NCBI GenBank assembly: GCA_963829845.1
Contig: CAWHKD010000012.1
Span: forward strand, 31,859-95,858
Reading direction: 5' to 3'
Length of the DNA: 64,000 nt
Source of the DNA: an uncultured Gaiellaceae bacterium
GTDB taxonomy: Bacteria; Actinomycetota; Thermoleophilia; Gaiellales; Gaiellaceae
Below, in pieces: positions 26,585 through 36,369 of this stretch (the first letter of the stretch is position 1; each line of letters opens with the position of its first letter). Made by a program: the position numbers and the translations under genes. The notes under the pieces were generated by a model. The model saw nothing but the letters and a program-made list of their open reading frames with translations. It was not told the DNA's origin and did not search any database.

Positions 26585-28501
26585 ATGGCCTCTGGCGACC
26601 ACCTCATCGACAGCCTCTTCGACGGGCGCTACCTGATCATCCGCAAGCTGGGCTCGGGCGGGATGGCGAACGTCTACCTCGCCTCCGACCAAGAGCTCGG
26701 CCGCCGTGTCGCGATCAAGATCCTCGACGACCGACACGCCCGCGACGAACAGTTCGTGGAGCGCTTCCGCCGCGAGGCGCAGAACGCCGCCGGGCTCTCG
26801 CATCCGAGCATCGTCTCGATCTACGACCGGGGCGAGGCGGAGGGGACGTACTACATCGCGATGGAGTACGTCGAGGGGCGGACGCTGAAGGAGCTGCTGG
26901 TCGCGCGCGGCCCGTCGCCGCTCGGGATCGCGATCGACTACACGCGCCAGATCCTCTCGGCGCTGCGCTTCGCGCACCGGAACGGGATCGTCCACCGCGA
27001 CATCAAGCCGCACAACGTGATCGTCGACGGCGAGGGCCGCGTCAAGGTGATGGACTTCGGGATCGCGCGCGCCGGGGCGGCGAGTCAGATGACCGAGGCC
27101 GGCTCGATCATCGGCACCGCGCAGTACCTCTCGCCCGAGCAGGCGCGCGGAGCTCCGGTCGACCAGACCTCCGACCTCTACTCGACGGGGATCGTGCTCT
27201 ACGAGCTGCTCACGGGCGGTGTCCCGTTCAACGGCGAGACACCGGTCGAGATCGCGATGAAGCACCTCTCGCAGGTTCCCGCGCCACCCTCGTCGCACCG
27301 CCCCGAGATCCCGCGCGATCTCGATTACGTGGCGCTGCGTGCGCTGGCCAAGGATCCAGCCGATCGTTACCACTCCGCCGAGGAGATGGACTCGGATCTC
27401 GAGCGGATCGCGCGCGGGATCGGCGTCTCCGCCGAAACAGCCGAGGCGGCGACGACGGTGCTCGCGCGCACCGACGAGGCGGCGACGACGATACGTCCGG
27501 CCGCGGCGGCTGCGACGACGTACACGCCAGGCCGCTACTACGAGTACGACGAGCCGCCGCGGCGCCGTGCGATCTGGCCGTGGCTCCTCGGCGCGCTCAT
27601 CGTCGCGCTCGCTCTCGTCGGCGGCTGGTTCGCCTGGCAGGAGGTGCAGTCGCAGCTCAGCGCCGCCAAGCCCGTCGCCGTCCCCGATGTCGTCGGCAGC
27701 GTCGAGCGGCTGGCCGTCCAACAAATCCAGGAGGCGGGGCTGAAGGAGCTCGTCGAGCGCACCGACAACGCCGACGTCCCCGTCGGAGAGGTCTTCGCAC
27801 AGGACCCGCAGCCCGGCGACAGGACCGAGCGCGGCAACTTCGTCACGATCACGGTCTCGACGGGCCCGAAGAAGGTGGTCGTGCCCAACGTCGTCGGCCG
27901 AGACCGCGACGACGCAGTCTCGGAGCTGACCTCTGCGGGACTGAAGCCGAACTCGGTCGGTGTCAACTCGCTCGAGCCCGTCGACACCGTGCTCGCGACG
28001 GGGCCGAAGGCGGGGACCGAGGTGCTCGAGGGAACGGCCGTCCGCGTCAACTACTCGAAGGGACCGAAGCCGATCTCGGTCCCGAACGTGATCGGGATGC
28101 CGTTCGAGAGCGCCGAGTCGACGCTCCAGGGCGCTGGCTTCGCCGTCTCGCGCACGGACGTCGACGACGCCGAGCAGCCGGAGGGAGTCGTCCTCGGGCA
28201 GAACCCCGCCGCAGGCACACAGCAGGCCAAGGGCTCCGTGATCACGCTCCAAGTCTCGAAGGGCCCGCAGACCTCGCAGGTCCCTGATGTGACGAGCCTG
28301 AGCGCGCAGGATGCAAGGGCGCAGCTCACGCAGTCGGGATTCGAGGTACAGGTGGTCGAGGAGATCGTCCAATCCCAGGACCTCGACGGCCGCGTGCTCT
28401 CGCAGGACCCGGAGGGCGGCACGAGCGCCGAGCAGGGCACCACGGTCGTGATCGTGGTCGGCCGCTTCGAGGAGCAGACCGAGACGACGACACCGCCGTG
28501 A
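26585..28501 (+). CDS. pknB: PASTA-domain Ser/Thr protein kinase
   Basis: Internal ATG 26585 of the long ORF 25184..28501. GSGGMANVYLA, AIK, HRDIKPHN and DFG, then a TM and four PASTA repeats (PDVVG.., PNVVG.., PNVIG.., PDVTS..). Confidence 0.93.
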   Translation: MASGDHLIDSLFDGRYLIIRKLGSGGMANVYLASDQELGRRVAIKILDDRHARDEQFVERFRREAQNAAGLSHPSIVSIYDRGEAEGTYYIAMEYVEGRTLKELLVARGPSPLGIAIDYTRQILSALRFAHRNGIVHRDIKPHNVIVDGEGRVKVMDFGIARAGAASQMTEAGSIIGTAQYLSPEQARGAPVDQTSDLYSTGIVLYELLTGGVPFNGETPVEIAMKHLSQVPAPPSSHRPEIPRDLDYVALRALAKDPADRYHSAEEMDSDLERIARGIGVSAETAEAATTVLARTDEAATTIRPAAAAATTYTPGRYYEYDEPPRRRAIWPWLLGALIVALALVGGWFAWQEVQSQLSAAKPVAVPDVVGSVERLAVQQIQEAGLKELVERTDNADVPVGEVFAQDPQPGDRTERGNFVTITVSTGPKKVVVPNVVGRDRDDAVSELTSAGLKPNSVGVNSLEPVDTVLATGPKAGTEVLEGTAVRVNYSKGPKPISVPNVIGMPFESAESTLQGAGFAVSRTDVDDAEQPEGVVLGQNPAAGTQQAKGSVITLQVSKGPQTSQVPDVTSLSAQDARAQLTQSGFEVQVVEEIVQSQDLDGRVLSQDPEGGTSAEQGTTVVIVVGRFEEQTETTTPP

Positions 28502-29520
28502 GCCGCCGGATCCGAGTCGCGGTCGTCGCAGGCGGCCGCTCCAGCGAGCACGAGATCTCGCTCGCGTCCGCCCGCTCCGTGCTCGAGGCGCTCGACCCGG
28601 AGCGCTACGACACGACGACGATCGCGATCGGCCGCGACGGCCGCTGGGCGCTCGAAGGCCCAAGCAACAGCCTGTTGCAAAGTCACGTCGCGGGGACGCT
28701 GCCGGTGCTCGCCGACTCGAAGCCGGCCGAGGCGCTCGGCGCGGTCGACGTCGTCCTGCCCGTCCTCCACGGGCCGTTCGGCGAGGACGGCACCGTCCAG
28801 GGCCTGCTCGAGCTTGCGGGTGTCCCCTACGTCGGCGCCGGCGTCGCCGCCTCGGCGCTCTGCATGGACAAGGACCTGTTCAAGGCGGTGCTCCGAGACC
28901 GGAGCATCCCGGTCGCGCGCAACGAGACGCTGCGGCTGGGCGACGAGATCCGAAACCCGTTCGGCTATCCGGTCTTCGTCAAGCCGGCGCGGCTCGGCTC
29001 GTCGGTCGGGATCTCGAAGGCGCACGACGAGGCGGAGCTCGAGGTGGCGGTCGCGCTCGCACGCCGCCACGACGAGAAGGTGCTCGTGGAGGAATTCGTG
29101 GCCGGCACCGAGGTCGAGTGCGGCGTCCTCGGCAACGTCCGTCCGGCTCCGCTCGCATCGGTCGTCGGCGAGATCGTCCCGCACGCCGAGTGGTACGACT
29201 ACGCGGCCAAGTACGACGCGGGCGGCTCGGACATCATCGTCCCCGCCCGGATCCCGGAGGAGACCGCGGCCCGTGTCCAAGCGCTCGCCGTCGACTCGTT
29301 CATCGCGACCGAGTGCGAGGGCATGGCCCGGGTCGACTTCTTCGTGCGCGAGGACGGAGAGGTCGTCGTCAACGAGATCAACACGATCCCCGGTTTCACC
29401 TCGACGAGCGTCTACGCGCGCCTCTTCGAGGCGTCGGGGATCCCGTATGGCGAGCTGCTCGACCGCCTGATCGAGCTCGCGCTCGAGCGGCACGACCGTC
29501 GCTCAAGCCTCGAGTACTAG
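28498..29520 (+). CDS. ddl: D-alanine--D-alanine ligase
   Basis: GTG start overlaps the pknB stop (GTGA). GGRSSEHEISL, FVKPARLGSSVGI and EINTIPGFT motifs. Confidence 0.93.
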   Translation: MSRRIRVAVVAGGRSSEHEISLASARSVLEALDPERYDTTTIAIGRDGRWALEGPSNSLLQSHVAGTLPVLADSKPAEALGAVDVVLPVLHGPFGEDGTVQGLLELAGVPYVGAGVAASALCMDKDLFKAVLRDRSIPVARNETLRLGDEIRNPFGYPVFVKPARLGSSVGISKAHDEAELEVAVALARRHDEKVLVEEFVAGTEVECGVLGNVRPAPLASVVGEIVPHAEWYDYAAKYDAGGSDIIVPARIPEETAARVQALAVDSFIATECEGMARVDFFVREDGEVVVNEINTIPGFTSTSVYARLFEASGIPYGELLDRLIELALERHDRRSSLEY

Positions 29521-32500
29521 CCGCGTCTCCTCGGCGTGGAAGCCGAGGCCGAAGCTCTCGAAACCTTCGAGCGCAGCGCGGACGAGGACGTCGTCCTGTC
29601 TGGCGAGCCCGAGCGCGCGCTGCGCGAACGGCCGCAGTACCGCCTCGACCGACAGCAGCGGTGCTGCTTCACGCTCGACTTCGTCGATCCGCCCGAGCGC
29701 CAGCAGCCCGTCGAGACGGGTCGAGACCATCGCGGACGTGAACATCCAGTCGTGGCCGCGGCGGGCTACGTCCTCGCCGAGCATGTGCTCGACTGTGTCG
29801 AGCTCGTCGCGGAGGAGCGCCAGCCGGACACGCGGCCCGAAGAGCCGGAAGCCGAAGCCCTCGAGGGCGATCTCGAGCGCTCGCTCCTCGAGCTGCCGCG
29901 CCGCCTCGTGGCCGCCTCCGTATGCATGGGCGACGGCCTCGACCAGCAGCGAGCGGGCGTTGCGGATGCACGGCGTGCCGAGGTTCTCGGCGACGAGCCG
30001 CTCGACCACCGCAGTCCGCTCCCGGATCGACGGCCAGTCGCCCATCAGCTCTTTCACCTCGAGCTCCATCGCGATCGCATGGATCCGATGATGTGGTGTC
30101 AGCCGTCGCGAGAGCTCGGCATGAGCCTCCACGAACCGGAGCGCCTCGGCGAAGCGACCGATCAGCGCACACGGCGGGATCAGCTCCTCGTAGATCTCGG
30201 TGTGGTGATCCAGATCCGCGATCTGCGGCATCAGCTCGACTCGCCGCTGCGCCCACGTGAACGACTCCTCGTACCTGCGCCCCGCGAACGCCGCCGAGGA
30301 GCGGGCGCCCCACGCGTACGAGCGCAGCGCGGGGTCGCCGGACTGCTCAGCCAGCGCGTCGCCCTCCTCGGCCGCGGCGTGCTCTTCGGAGGGATTCCAG
30401 TACGCGCGGGCGATCAGCGCCTGAACATGTGCTGCGCTGCCCGCCTTCGCGAGGTCGAGCGCCCGGTCGATCCAGCGCTCCACTTCCGAGTGCTCGGGCC
30501 GACGAGGCCACATCCCGGAGCGAATAGCGGTCTGGACGGCCAGGCTTGCGAGGATGTCCGCTTGCTCTTCTGGGACGTCGGTCAGCGTCAGCGCCCGCTT
30601 CATCGCCTCCCAGAAGCGCTCGCCGTCGAACTTGAGCGCGCTGGCGCGCCCGATCTCGCGCCAGAGGCCGGCCCGTTCGTGCGGCTCGCAGAGCTCGAGC
30701 GCGCGCTGGAGCGCCGCGACGCCCTCGTCGAGGTCGTACCGGCTGATCGCGAGCTCGGAGGCGCGACGGAGCCAGCGCACTGCAGCGACGCGCAGCCGTT
30801 CGAGCTCATCCGGCGCGTCCGCCCACGCCAGATCCGCGTCCTCGGGCCCCACGGCCTGTGCGTAGTGGTGTGCGAGCAGCGCCGCATCCTCGTCCCGGCC
30901 GCCGCCGGTCCGCTCGAGCCAGGCGGCGAAGGCGGCGTGGAGCTGCGCGCGCCTCGCCTTCGGAACGCTGCCGTACACGACCTCGCGCGTGAGCGCGTGC
31001 TTGAACGCGTATTCCGTCTCGCCGCCGAGCGAGGAGTGGGGCCGGCGGCGGATGAAGTCGCGGTCCTCGAGCACCGACCAGCCAACCTGCTCCCCGGCGA
31101 GCTCCAGCGTCGGCCCACTCCAGAAGATCCGGCCGATCACCGGACGCGGCCTGCAGGGCCGCCTTGTCCGAGCTCGGCGAGCCGGTCGACGCGAGCAGCG
31201 AGGATCGCGTGCACCGAGTCAGGCAGCTCCTCGACCGTCCCGGTCTCGACGAAGGCCGCGAACAGCTCCTCGAGGAAGAAAGGATTACCTTCCGCCCGCT
31301 CCACCAGGGCGCGGCGTGTCTCGTTCGAGAGCTCGCCGGGGACGAGCTCGTCGAGCATTGCGCCGCGACTCGTCCGGAGAGAGCGCGTCCAGCCAGACGA
31401 GCGACGCGTTGCGGCGACCGCCGCCCCACGCCGGCCGGCGGTCGAGCAGCTCGGGCCGGGCGGTGCCGATCACGAGCAGCGGCCCGTGCACGTCGCGCGT
31501 CGACCCGCTCGAGCAGGTCGAGCAGCGGATCTTCGGCCCAGTGCAGGTCCTCGATCAGCACGACCGTCGGCGTCGCGGCGGTCAGCTCGCTGAGCAACTC
31601 GACCCACGCCTCCTGAAAGAGGTCGCGCACGGCCAAGCGGGTGGGCCTCGCCCGTCACGTCGAGCCCGAGGGCCAGCCCGAGGATCTCCCGGTCGCCGAG
31701 TCGCAGGCGCACGGACTCCTGGCCTTCGTTCTCGAGCAGCCCCAGCTGCTCGCGGAGGATCTCTCCGAGCGCCCAGTAGGTGACGTGGCCGTAGGCGAGG
31801 CACCGGCCGGTGCGCTGCAGCGGCTGCGGCGCCTGATCGGCGAGCCAGCGCCAGAGCTCACGCACGAGAGTGGTCTTGCCGACGCCTGCGTCGCCCATCA
31901 GCGTCACGACATGCGGCTCCCGCTGCTCGGCGGCGTGACCGTAGATCGCCTGCAGCAGCGCGAGCTCCGAGTCGCGGCCGACGAATGCTCGCGCGCCCCC
32001 GCGCAAGCCGCGCGGCCGCATCAACGTCAATGCGCGGACGAGCGTCTGCGCGACGACGGGCTCTGACTTGCCCTTCGCGTCCACCTCGAACGCGGGGCCG
32101 AGTTCGAACGCGCCACGGACGGCTTCGGCCGTGCGCGGCGCCGACGACGATCGCACCCGGCTCGCTCGCCTGCTCGAGGCGCGCAGCGACGTTGACGGCG
32201 TCGCCGGTGACGAACGAGCTGCCCTCGCGCGCCCGACCGGAGACGACCTCCCCGGTGTTGACCCCAACCCGGAGCGCGAGCGCCCCGCCGAACTCGGTCT
32301 CGATCCGGCGCTGCATCGCGAGTGCCGCGTGAAGCGCCCGCTCAGCGTGGTCCTCGATGCGCCTCGGGAACGCCGAAGACGGCCATAACGGCGTCGCCGG
32401 CGAACTTTTCGACCGTGCCGCCGGCGCGGCCGATCTCCTCCGCCGCGGCGTCGTAGAACCGCTCCAGCAGCGCCCGCGTCCGCTCCGGGTCCTGCTGCTC

Positions 32501-32569
32501 GCCGAGCGCCGTCGAGCCGACGAGGTCGGCGAAGAGCACGGTGGCCAACTTCCGCTCGGCGGCCTCCAC
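29503..32569 (-). pseudogene. class III adenylate/guanylate cyclase - AAA ATPase - TPR signalling protein, split by seven +1 frameshifts
   Basis: Seven ORF pieces (32342..32569, 31858..32682, 31470..32267, 30806..31636, 31285..31491, 31137..31358, 29503..31140) join collinearly. Order: cyclase (LFADLVGST...EKFAGDAVMAVFG / EDHAERALHAALAM...GVNTGEVV), P-loop (MGDAGVGKTT), LIEDLHWAED, NPFFLEEL, LQAAS/VIGRIF, then TPR-like repeats. The 3067-nt span minus 7 equals 1020 codons. Confidence 0.85.
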
Positions 32570-32588
32570 GCGCCCATTCTGACGCGGT

Positions 32589-34016
32589 CTAGCTCGCTTT
32601 CACCTCGTTGACGTGCGCGCGGCCTTCGAGGTCGGTGATCCAGACGACGAGGTAGGGCGCATCCGTGTCGCCGAGCTCCCACGTCGTGATCGCGGCAGTC
32701 CTCGCGTCGCCGGCGACGACAGTGTCGAACGGGCCCTCGGGCGAGCTTCCCGCGCGGATCTCCGCGTTGAAGCCGGGTGTGTCGGTCGTCAGCGTCAGCC
32801 TCTGCGGTGCGCCTGCGACCCTCAGGACGAGGCCGACGCCGGGCTTCGAGAACGCCCCCCTGTAGCTCTCCGTCGTCCAGTAGGTGGCGGGGTCGCCGTC
32901 GGTCGCGTCGGCGACGCGCTCGCTGTGCTCCTCGTTGTCGCCGTCCGGGTCGTACGAAGCGACCCCCTGAAGCCGAACCGGAGCGCCGTCTGCGGCACTG
33001 CCGAGCGGGTCGTCGTCGCGGGTGACGAGTAGGATGCCTCCGACCGCAGCCACGAGCAGCAGCAGTCCGAGGAGCAGCAACCAGAACGGCGCTCGGCGGT
33101 CACGCTGCGCGCGCCTCTGCTGCTTCCGCGCCCTCGCGGGAACGACCGCCGGCTTGCGCATGATCATCGTCCCCTCGCCGTCCTCCCTGGCGTCCAGCTC
33201 GGCCTGCACGGCCTCGAGCTCGGCAACGACCTCGTCCATCGAGGCCGGACGATCGGCGGGCTCCTTCGCCAGGCAGCGCTCGATTAGCGTCGCCAGTCGG
33301 ATCGGCGCATCGGGGCGCGTGTCCAGCACGCTCGGGACCGGATCGTTGACGTGCTTCATCGCGACCGAGAGGAAGTTCTCGCCCGTGTAGGGCACCTCGC
33401 CGGTGAGCAGCTCGTGCAGGACGACGCCGAACGAGTAGACGTCGGTCTGGGCATCCACGCGCTCGCCGCGCGCCTGCTCCGGCGCGATGTAGTGGCTCGT
33501 CCCGAGAACGGTGCCGGTTTCGGTCTGACCGACCGCGTCGAGCGAGCGAACGATCCCGAAGTCGGTCACCTTGGCGCGGCCGTCGCCGTCCAGAAGCACG
33601 TTCTGCGGCTTCACGTCGCGATGGATCAGCCCCTGGGCGTGCGCGAACGCGAGCGCCCGTCCGACCTCCAGGCCGAGCTCGAGCACCCGCCGCACCGGCA
33701 ACGGGCCGCCCCGCTCGACGAGCTCCTTCAGATTCTCGCCGTCGACGAGCTCGAAGACGATGAACTGCTTGCCGTCCTCCTCGCCGCGGTCGATCACGGT
33801 CACGATGTTCGGATGCGAGAGCTGCGCGACCGCGCGCGCCTCGCGCCGGAAGCGCTCGACGTACTCCTCGTCGCCGCCGTAGTGCTCGTGGAGGATCTTC
33901 AGCGCGACGTTCCGCTCGAGCAGCGTGTCGAAGGCGCAGTAGACGGTCGACATGCCGCCCGTCCCGACCGTCTCCTTCAGCTCGTATCGGCCCGCAATCA
34001 CCTGGCTCACAGCCAC
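32589..34016 (-). CDS. Ser/Thr protein kinase with an extracellular beta-sandwich (discoidin-like) domain
   Basis: Start at GTG 34016 or TTG 34019, behind GGGAAGG. GTGGMSTVYCA, ALK, HRDVKPQN and DFG, then a TM and YDPDGDNEEHSERVADATDGDPATYWTTESY. Confidence 0.88.
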   Translation of the reverse strand: MAVSQVIAGRYELKETVGTGGMSTVYCAFDTLLERNVALKILHEHYGGDEEYVERFRREARAVAQLSHPNIVTVIDRGEEDGKQFIVFELVDGENLKELVERGGPLPVRRVLELGLEVGRALAFAHAQGLIHRDVKPQNVLLDGDGRAKVTDFGIVRSLDAVGQTETGTVLGTSHYIAPEQARGERVDAQTDVYSFGVVLHELLTGEVPYTGENFLSVAMKHVNDPVPSVLDTRPDAPIRLATLIERCLAKEPADRPASMDEVVAELEAVQAELDAREDGEGTMIMRKPAVVPARARKQQRRAQRDRRAPFWLLLLGLLLLVAAVGGILLVTRDDDPLGSAADGAPVRLQGVASYDPDGDNEEHSERVADATDGDPATYWTTESYRGAFSKPGVGLVLRVAGAPQRLTLTTDTPGFNAEIRAGSSPEGPFDTVVAGDARTAAITTWELGDTDAPYLVVWITDLEGRAHVNEVKAS

Positions 34017-34045
34017 CAACCCAGCCTTCCCGCCGCCCGAAAAAC

Positions 34046-35368
34046 CTACGCCAGCACGTGTGCCAGCGCGTCTTCCCAGACGCTCAGCGCTTCGTCCAGC
34101 TCGCCGTCCGTGAGCACGAGCGGGCAGAGCACGCGGATCGCGTTCCCGTACACGCCGGCCTTCAGCAGCAGCAGACCGCGCTGCATCGACGCATCGATCA
34201 CGGCCTGTGCCAGCTGCGGCGCCGGCTGCTTCGTCGCCCGATCCTCGACGAGCTCGAAGGCGAGCATCGCACCAACCCCGCGGACGTCGCCGATCGCGGC
34301 GAAGCGCTCCTGCCACGCCAGCATCCGCGTCCGCATCGTCTCACCGATCTGGACGGCGCGGTCGGTCAGGTTCTCCTCCTCGATCACGTCGAGCACGGCG
34401 AGCGCGGCGGCCTGGGCGACCGGGTTGCCGACGTAGGTGCCGCCCACGGCGCCGTCGTGTGCGGCGTCGAGGATCTCCGCCTTTCCGAGCACGCCGGAGA
34501 GCGGCAGGCCGGCCGCGATCGACTTCGCAAGCGTGATCAGGTCGGGCTCGACGCCGGAGTGCTCGATCGCGAAGAGCTTCCCCGTCCGCGCGAAACCGGT
34601 CTGGACCTCGTCGGCGATCAGGCAGATGCCGTGCTCGTCGCAGATCGCTCGAAGGCCTTCGAGGAACGCCGTCGGCGCGGGCAGGAAGCCGCCCTCCCCC
34701 TGCACGGGCTCGACGATGATCGCCGCGACCTGCTCGGCGGCGACCTGGGTCAGGAACATCTGGCGGAGCTCGGCCAGCGCGGTGTCGGTGTCCGGCCCGC
34801 GATAGTCGGACGGGAACGGCGCCCGGTAGACCTCCGGCGCCAGCGGCCCCATGCCGAGCTTGTACGGGTACGGTCGCGACGTCAGGGTCATCGAGAGCAG
34901 CGTGCGCCCGTGGAAGGCACCCTCGAAGGCGATCACGGCGGGGCGCTTCGTGTAGAGGCGTGCAAACTTGACTGCGTTCTCGACGGCCTCGGTGCCGGCG
35001 TTGAAGAACGCGGCCTTCGCCGGACCGCGGAACGGCGCCTTCGCGAGGAGGCGCTCGGCCAGCTCGACGTACGGCTCGTAGGGGACGACCGTGAAGTCCG
35101 TGTGGGCGAACCGCGCGAGCTGCTCCGTGGCGGCCTCGACGACGCGGGGATGAGAGTGGCCGGTGTTGAGGCAGCCGACGCCGCCCGTGAAGTCGATGAA
35201 CGTGTTGCCGTCGACGTCGGTCAGCGTGGCGCCGCGGCCCTCGTGCGCGACGATCGGGAGCACGATCGACTTCGCGTTCGCGATCACGCGCTGCTTCCGC
35301 TCCAGAATCGCCTGCGAGCGCGGGCCGGGAACGGCCGTGCGGAGCTCGATCGTCTTCGTCGTCGCCAT
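34046..35368 (-). CDS. gabT: 4-aminobutyrate aminotransferase (class III PLP aminotransferase)
   Basis: ORF 34046..35524 trimmed to ATG 35368 ([18 protein letters not shown]). Full-length collinearity with GabT, including [13 protein letters not shown] and [13 protein letters not shown]. Confidence 0.9.
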   Translation of the reverse strand: MATTKTIELRTAVPGPRSQAILERKQRVIANAKSIVLPIVAHEGRGATLTDVDGNTFIDFTGGVGCLNTGHSHPRVVEAATEQLARFAHTDFTVVPYEPYVELAERLLAKAPFRGPAKAAFFNAGTEAVENAVKFARLYTKRPAVIAFEGAFHGRTLLSMTLTSRPYPYKLGMGPLAPEVYRAPFPSDYRGPDTDTALAELRQMFLTQVAAEQVAAIIVEPVQGEGGFLPAPTAFLEGLRAICDEHGICLIADEVQTGFARTGKLFAIEHSGVEPDLITLAKSIAAGLPLSGVLGKAEILDAAHDGAVGGTYVGNPVAQAAALAVLDVIEEENLTDRAVQIGETMRTRMLAWQERFAAIGDVRGVGAMLAFELVEDRATKQPAPQLAQAVIDASMQRGLLLLKAGVYGNAIRVLCPLVLTDGELDEALSVWEDALAHVLA

Positions 35369-35370
35369 CG

Positions 35371-35390
35371 GCTGAGCAGCGTAGCTCAGC
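35371..35390. promoter_or_regulatory. inverted repeat in the 41-nt gabT/pdxH divergent spacer
   Basis: GCTGAGC-agcgta-GCTCAGC, with 7-bp perfect arms. Confidence 0.3.
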
Positions 35391-35409
35391 GGCGAATACT
35401 CTCGGAGCG

Positions 35410-36000
35410 ATGGAGGAGCGCGACCTCGATCCCGACCCGCTACGCCAATTCGAGCGCTGGTTCGAGGACGCACGCGGCGGCGGCGGCGCCGTCCCCGAGG
35501 CAATGGCCCTCGCGACCGCGACACCCGAGGGCCGGCCGTCGGTGCGGATGGTGCTCCTGAAGGGCGCGGACGAGCGCGGCTTCGCCTTCCACACGAACTA
35601 CGAGAGCCGGAAGGGCGTCGAGCTGGCAGCGAACCCGCACGCCGCGCTCCTCTTCCACTGGCAGCCGCTCGGGCGGCAGGTGCGGATCGAGGGCAACGTC
35701 GAACGCGTCACGGCCGTGGAGTCGGAGGCGTACTTCCGCACCCGGCCGCTGGGGAGCCGACTGGCGGCGTGGGCCTCGCCGCAGAGCCGGCCGCTCGCCG
35801 ACCGTGCGGAGCTGGAGCGGCTCTACGCCGAGGCTCAGGCACGGTTCGGAGAGGACGTGCCCCTGCCGCCGACCTGGGGCGGGCTCAGGCTCGTCCCCGA
35901 CGCGTACGAGTTCTGGGAGCACGGGGACGACCGCCTCCACGACCGCATCCGCTACGACCACCGCGACGGCGGCTGGCGGCGAGAGCGCCTCGCGCCCTAG
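35410..36000 (+). CDS. pdxH: pyridoxamine 5'-phosphate oxidase
   Basis: 196 aa. [21 protein letters not shown] and [14 protein letters not shown] motifs. Confidence 0.92.
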   Translation: MEERDLDPDPLRQFERWFEDARGGGGAVPEAMALATATPEGRPSVRMVLLKGADERGFAFHTNYESRKGVELAANPHAALLFHWQPLGRQVRIEGNVERVTAVESEAYFRTRPLGSRLAAWASPQSRPLADRAELERLYAEAQARFGEDVPLPPTWGGLRLVPDAYEFWEHGDDRLHDRIRYDHRDGGWRRERLAP

Positions 36001-36369
36001 GCGTCGCGGACGCGGAGGAGCAGGTAACCGAAGGCGAGCAAGCCGGCCGCCCAGGCGAAGGCCACACCGAGACCCTGCCACGGCCCGATCGGCATGCCGC
36101 CGCCCCCGTCGAACGGGCTCAGCATCCGGTCGGTTGTCGACTGGATGGCCATGCCGGCGAGCGGCGTCAGCTGCTCGATGCGCGTCGCGATCCGCTCCGG
36201 GAACGCGCCCAGGAAGAGGACGGGCAGGAACAGGAGCCCGACGCCGGTGGCGATCGTCGCGCCGGAGTGGCGTAGCACCGTCCCGATGCCGAGCGCGATC
36301 AGGGCATAGGCGGTCAGCAGAAGCCCGGTCCCGACGACCGCCCGAGCCGCGCCCGGATCGGTGATCGAC
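35997..36369 (-). pseudogene. 5'-truncated ABC-2 transporter permease (C-terminal ~3 TM only)
   Basis: Recognisable permease sequence starts abruptly at SITDPGAARAVVGTGLLLTAYALIALGIGTVLRHSGATIATGVGLLFL. It ends in the typical C-terminus [25 protein letters not shown]. No ATPase gene and no N-terminal half are present. Confidence 0.7.

Noticed and set aside
26570-28663. 697-aa minus-strand ORF
   Set aside because: It is antisense to pknB and the start of ddl, with low-complexity R/D/L-rich sequence. It is a shadow ORF. The same reasoning applies to 5739..7094(-), 14166..15293(+), 15245..16390(+), 18392..19804(+), 29536..31593(+), 34058..35560(+), 41254..42741(+), 42407..44017(+), 44706..46166(-), 47020..48945(+), 51252..52634(-), 54623..56374(-), 58862..61312(+) and 62676..63980(+).
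29503-32569. Programmed ribosomal frameshifting or transcriptional slippage as the explanation for the split cyclase gene
   Set aside because: There are seven independent sites with no shared slippery heptamer, homopolymer tract or downstream structure. No known system uses serial +1 recoding of this kind. Pseudogenisation or assembly error is far more likely.
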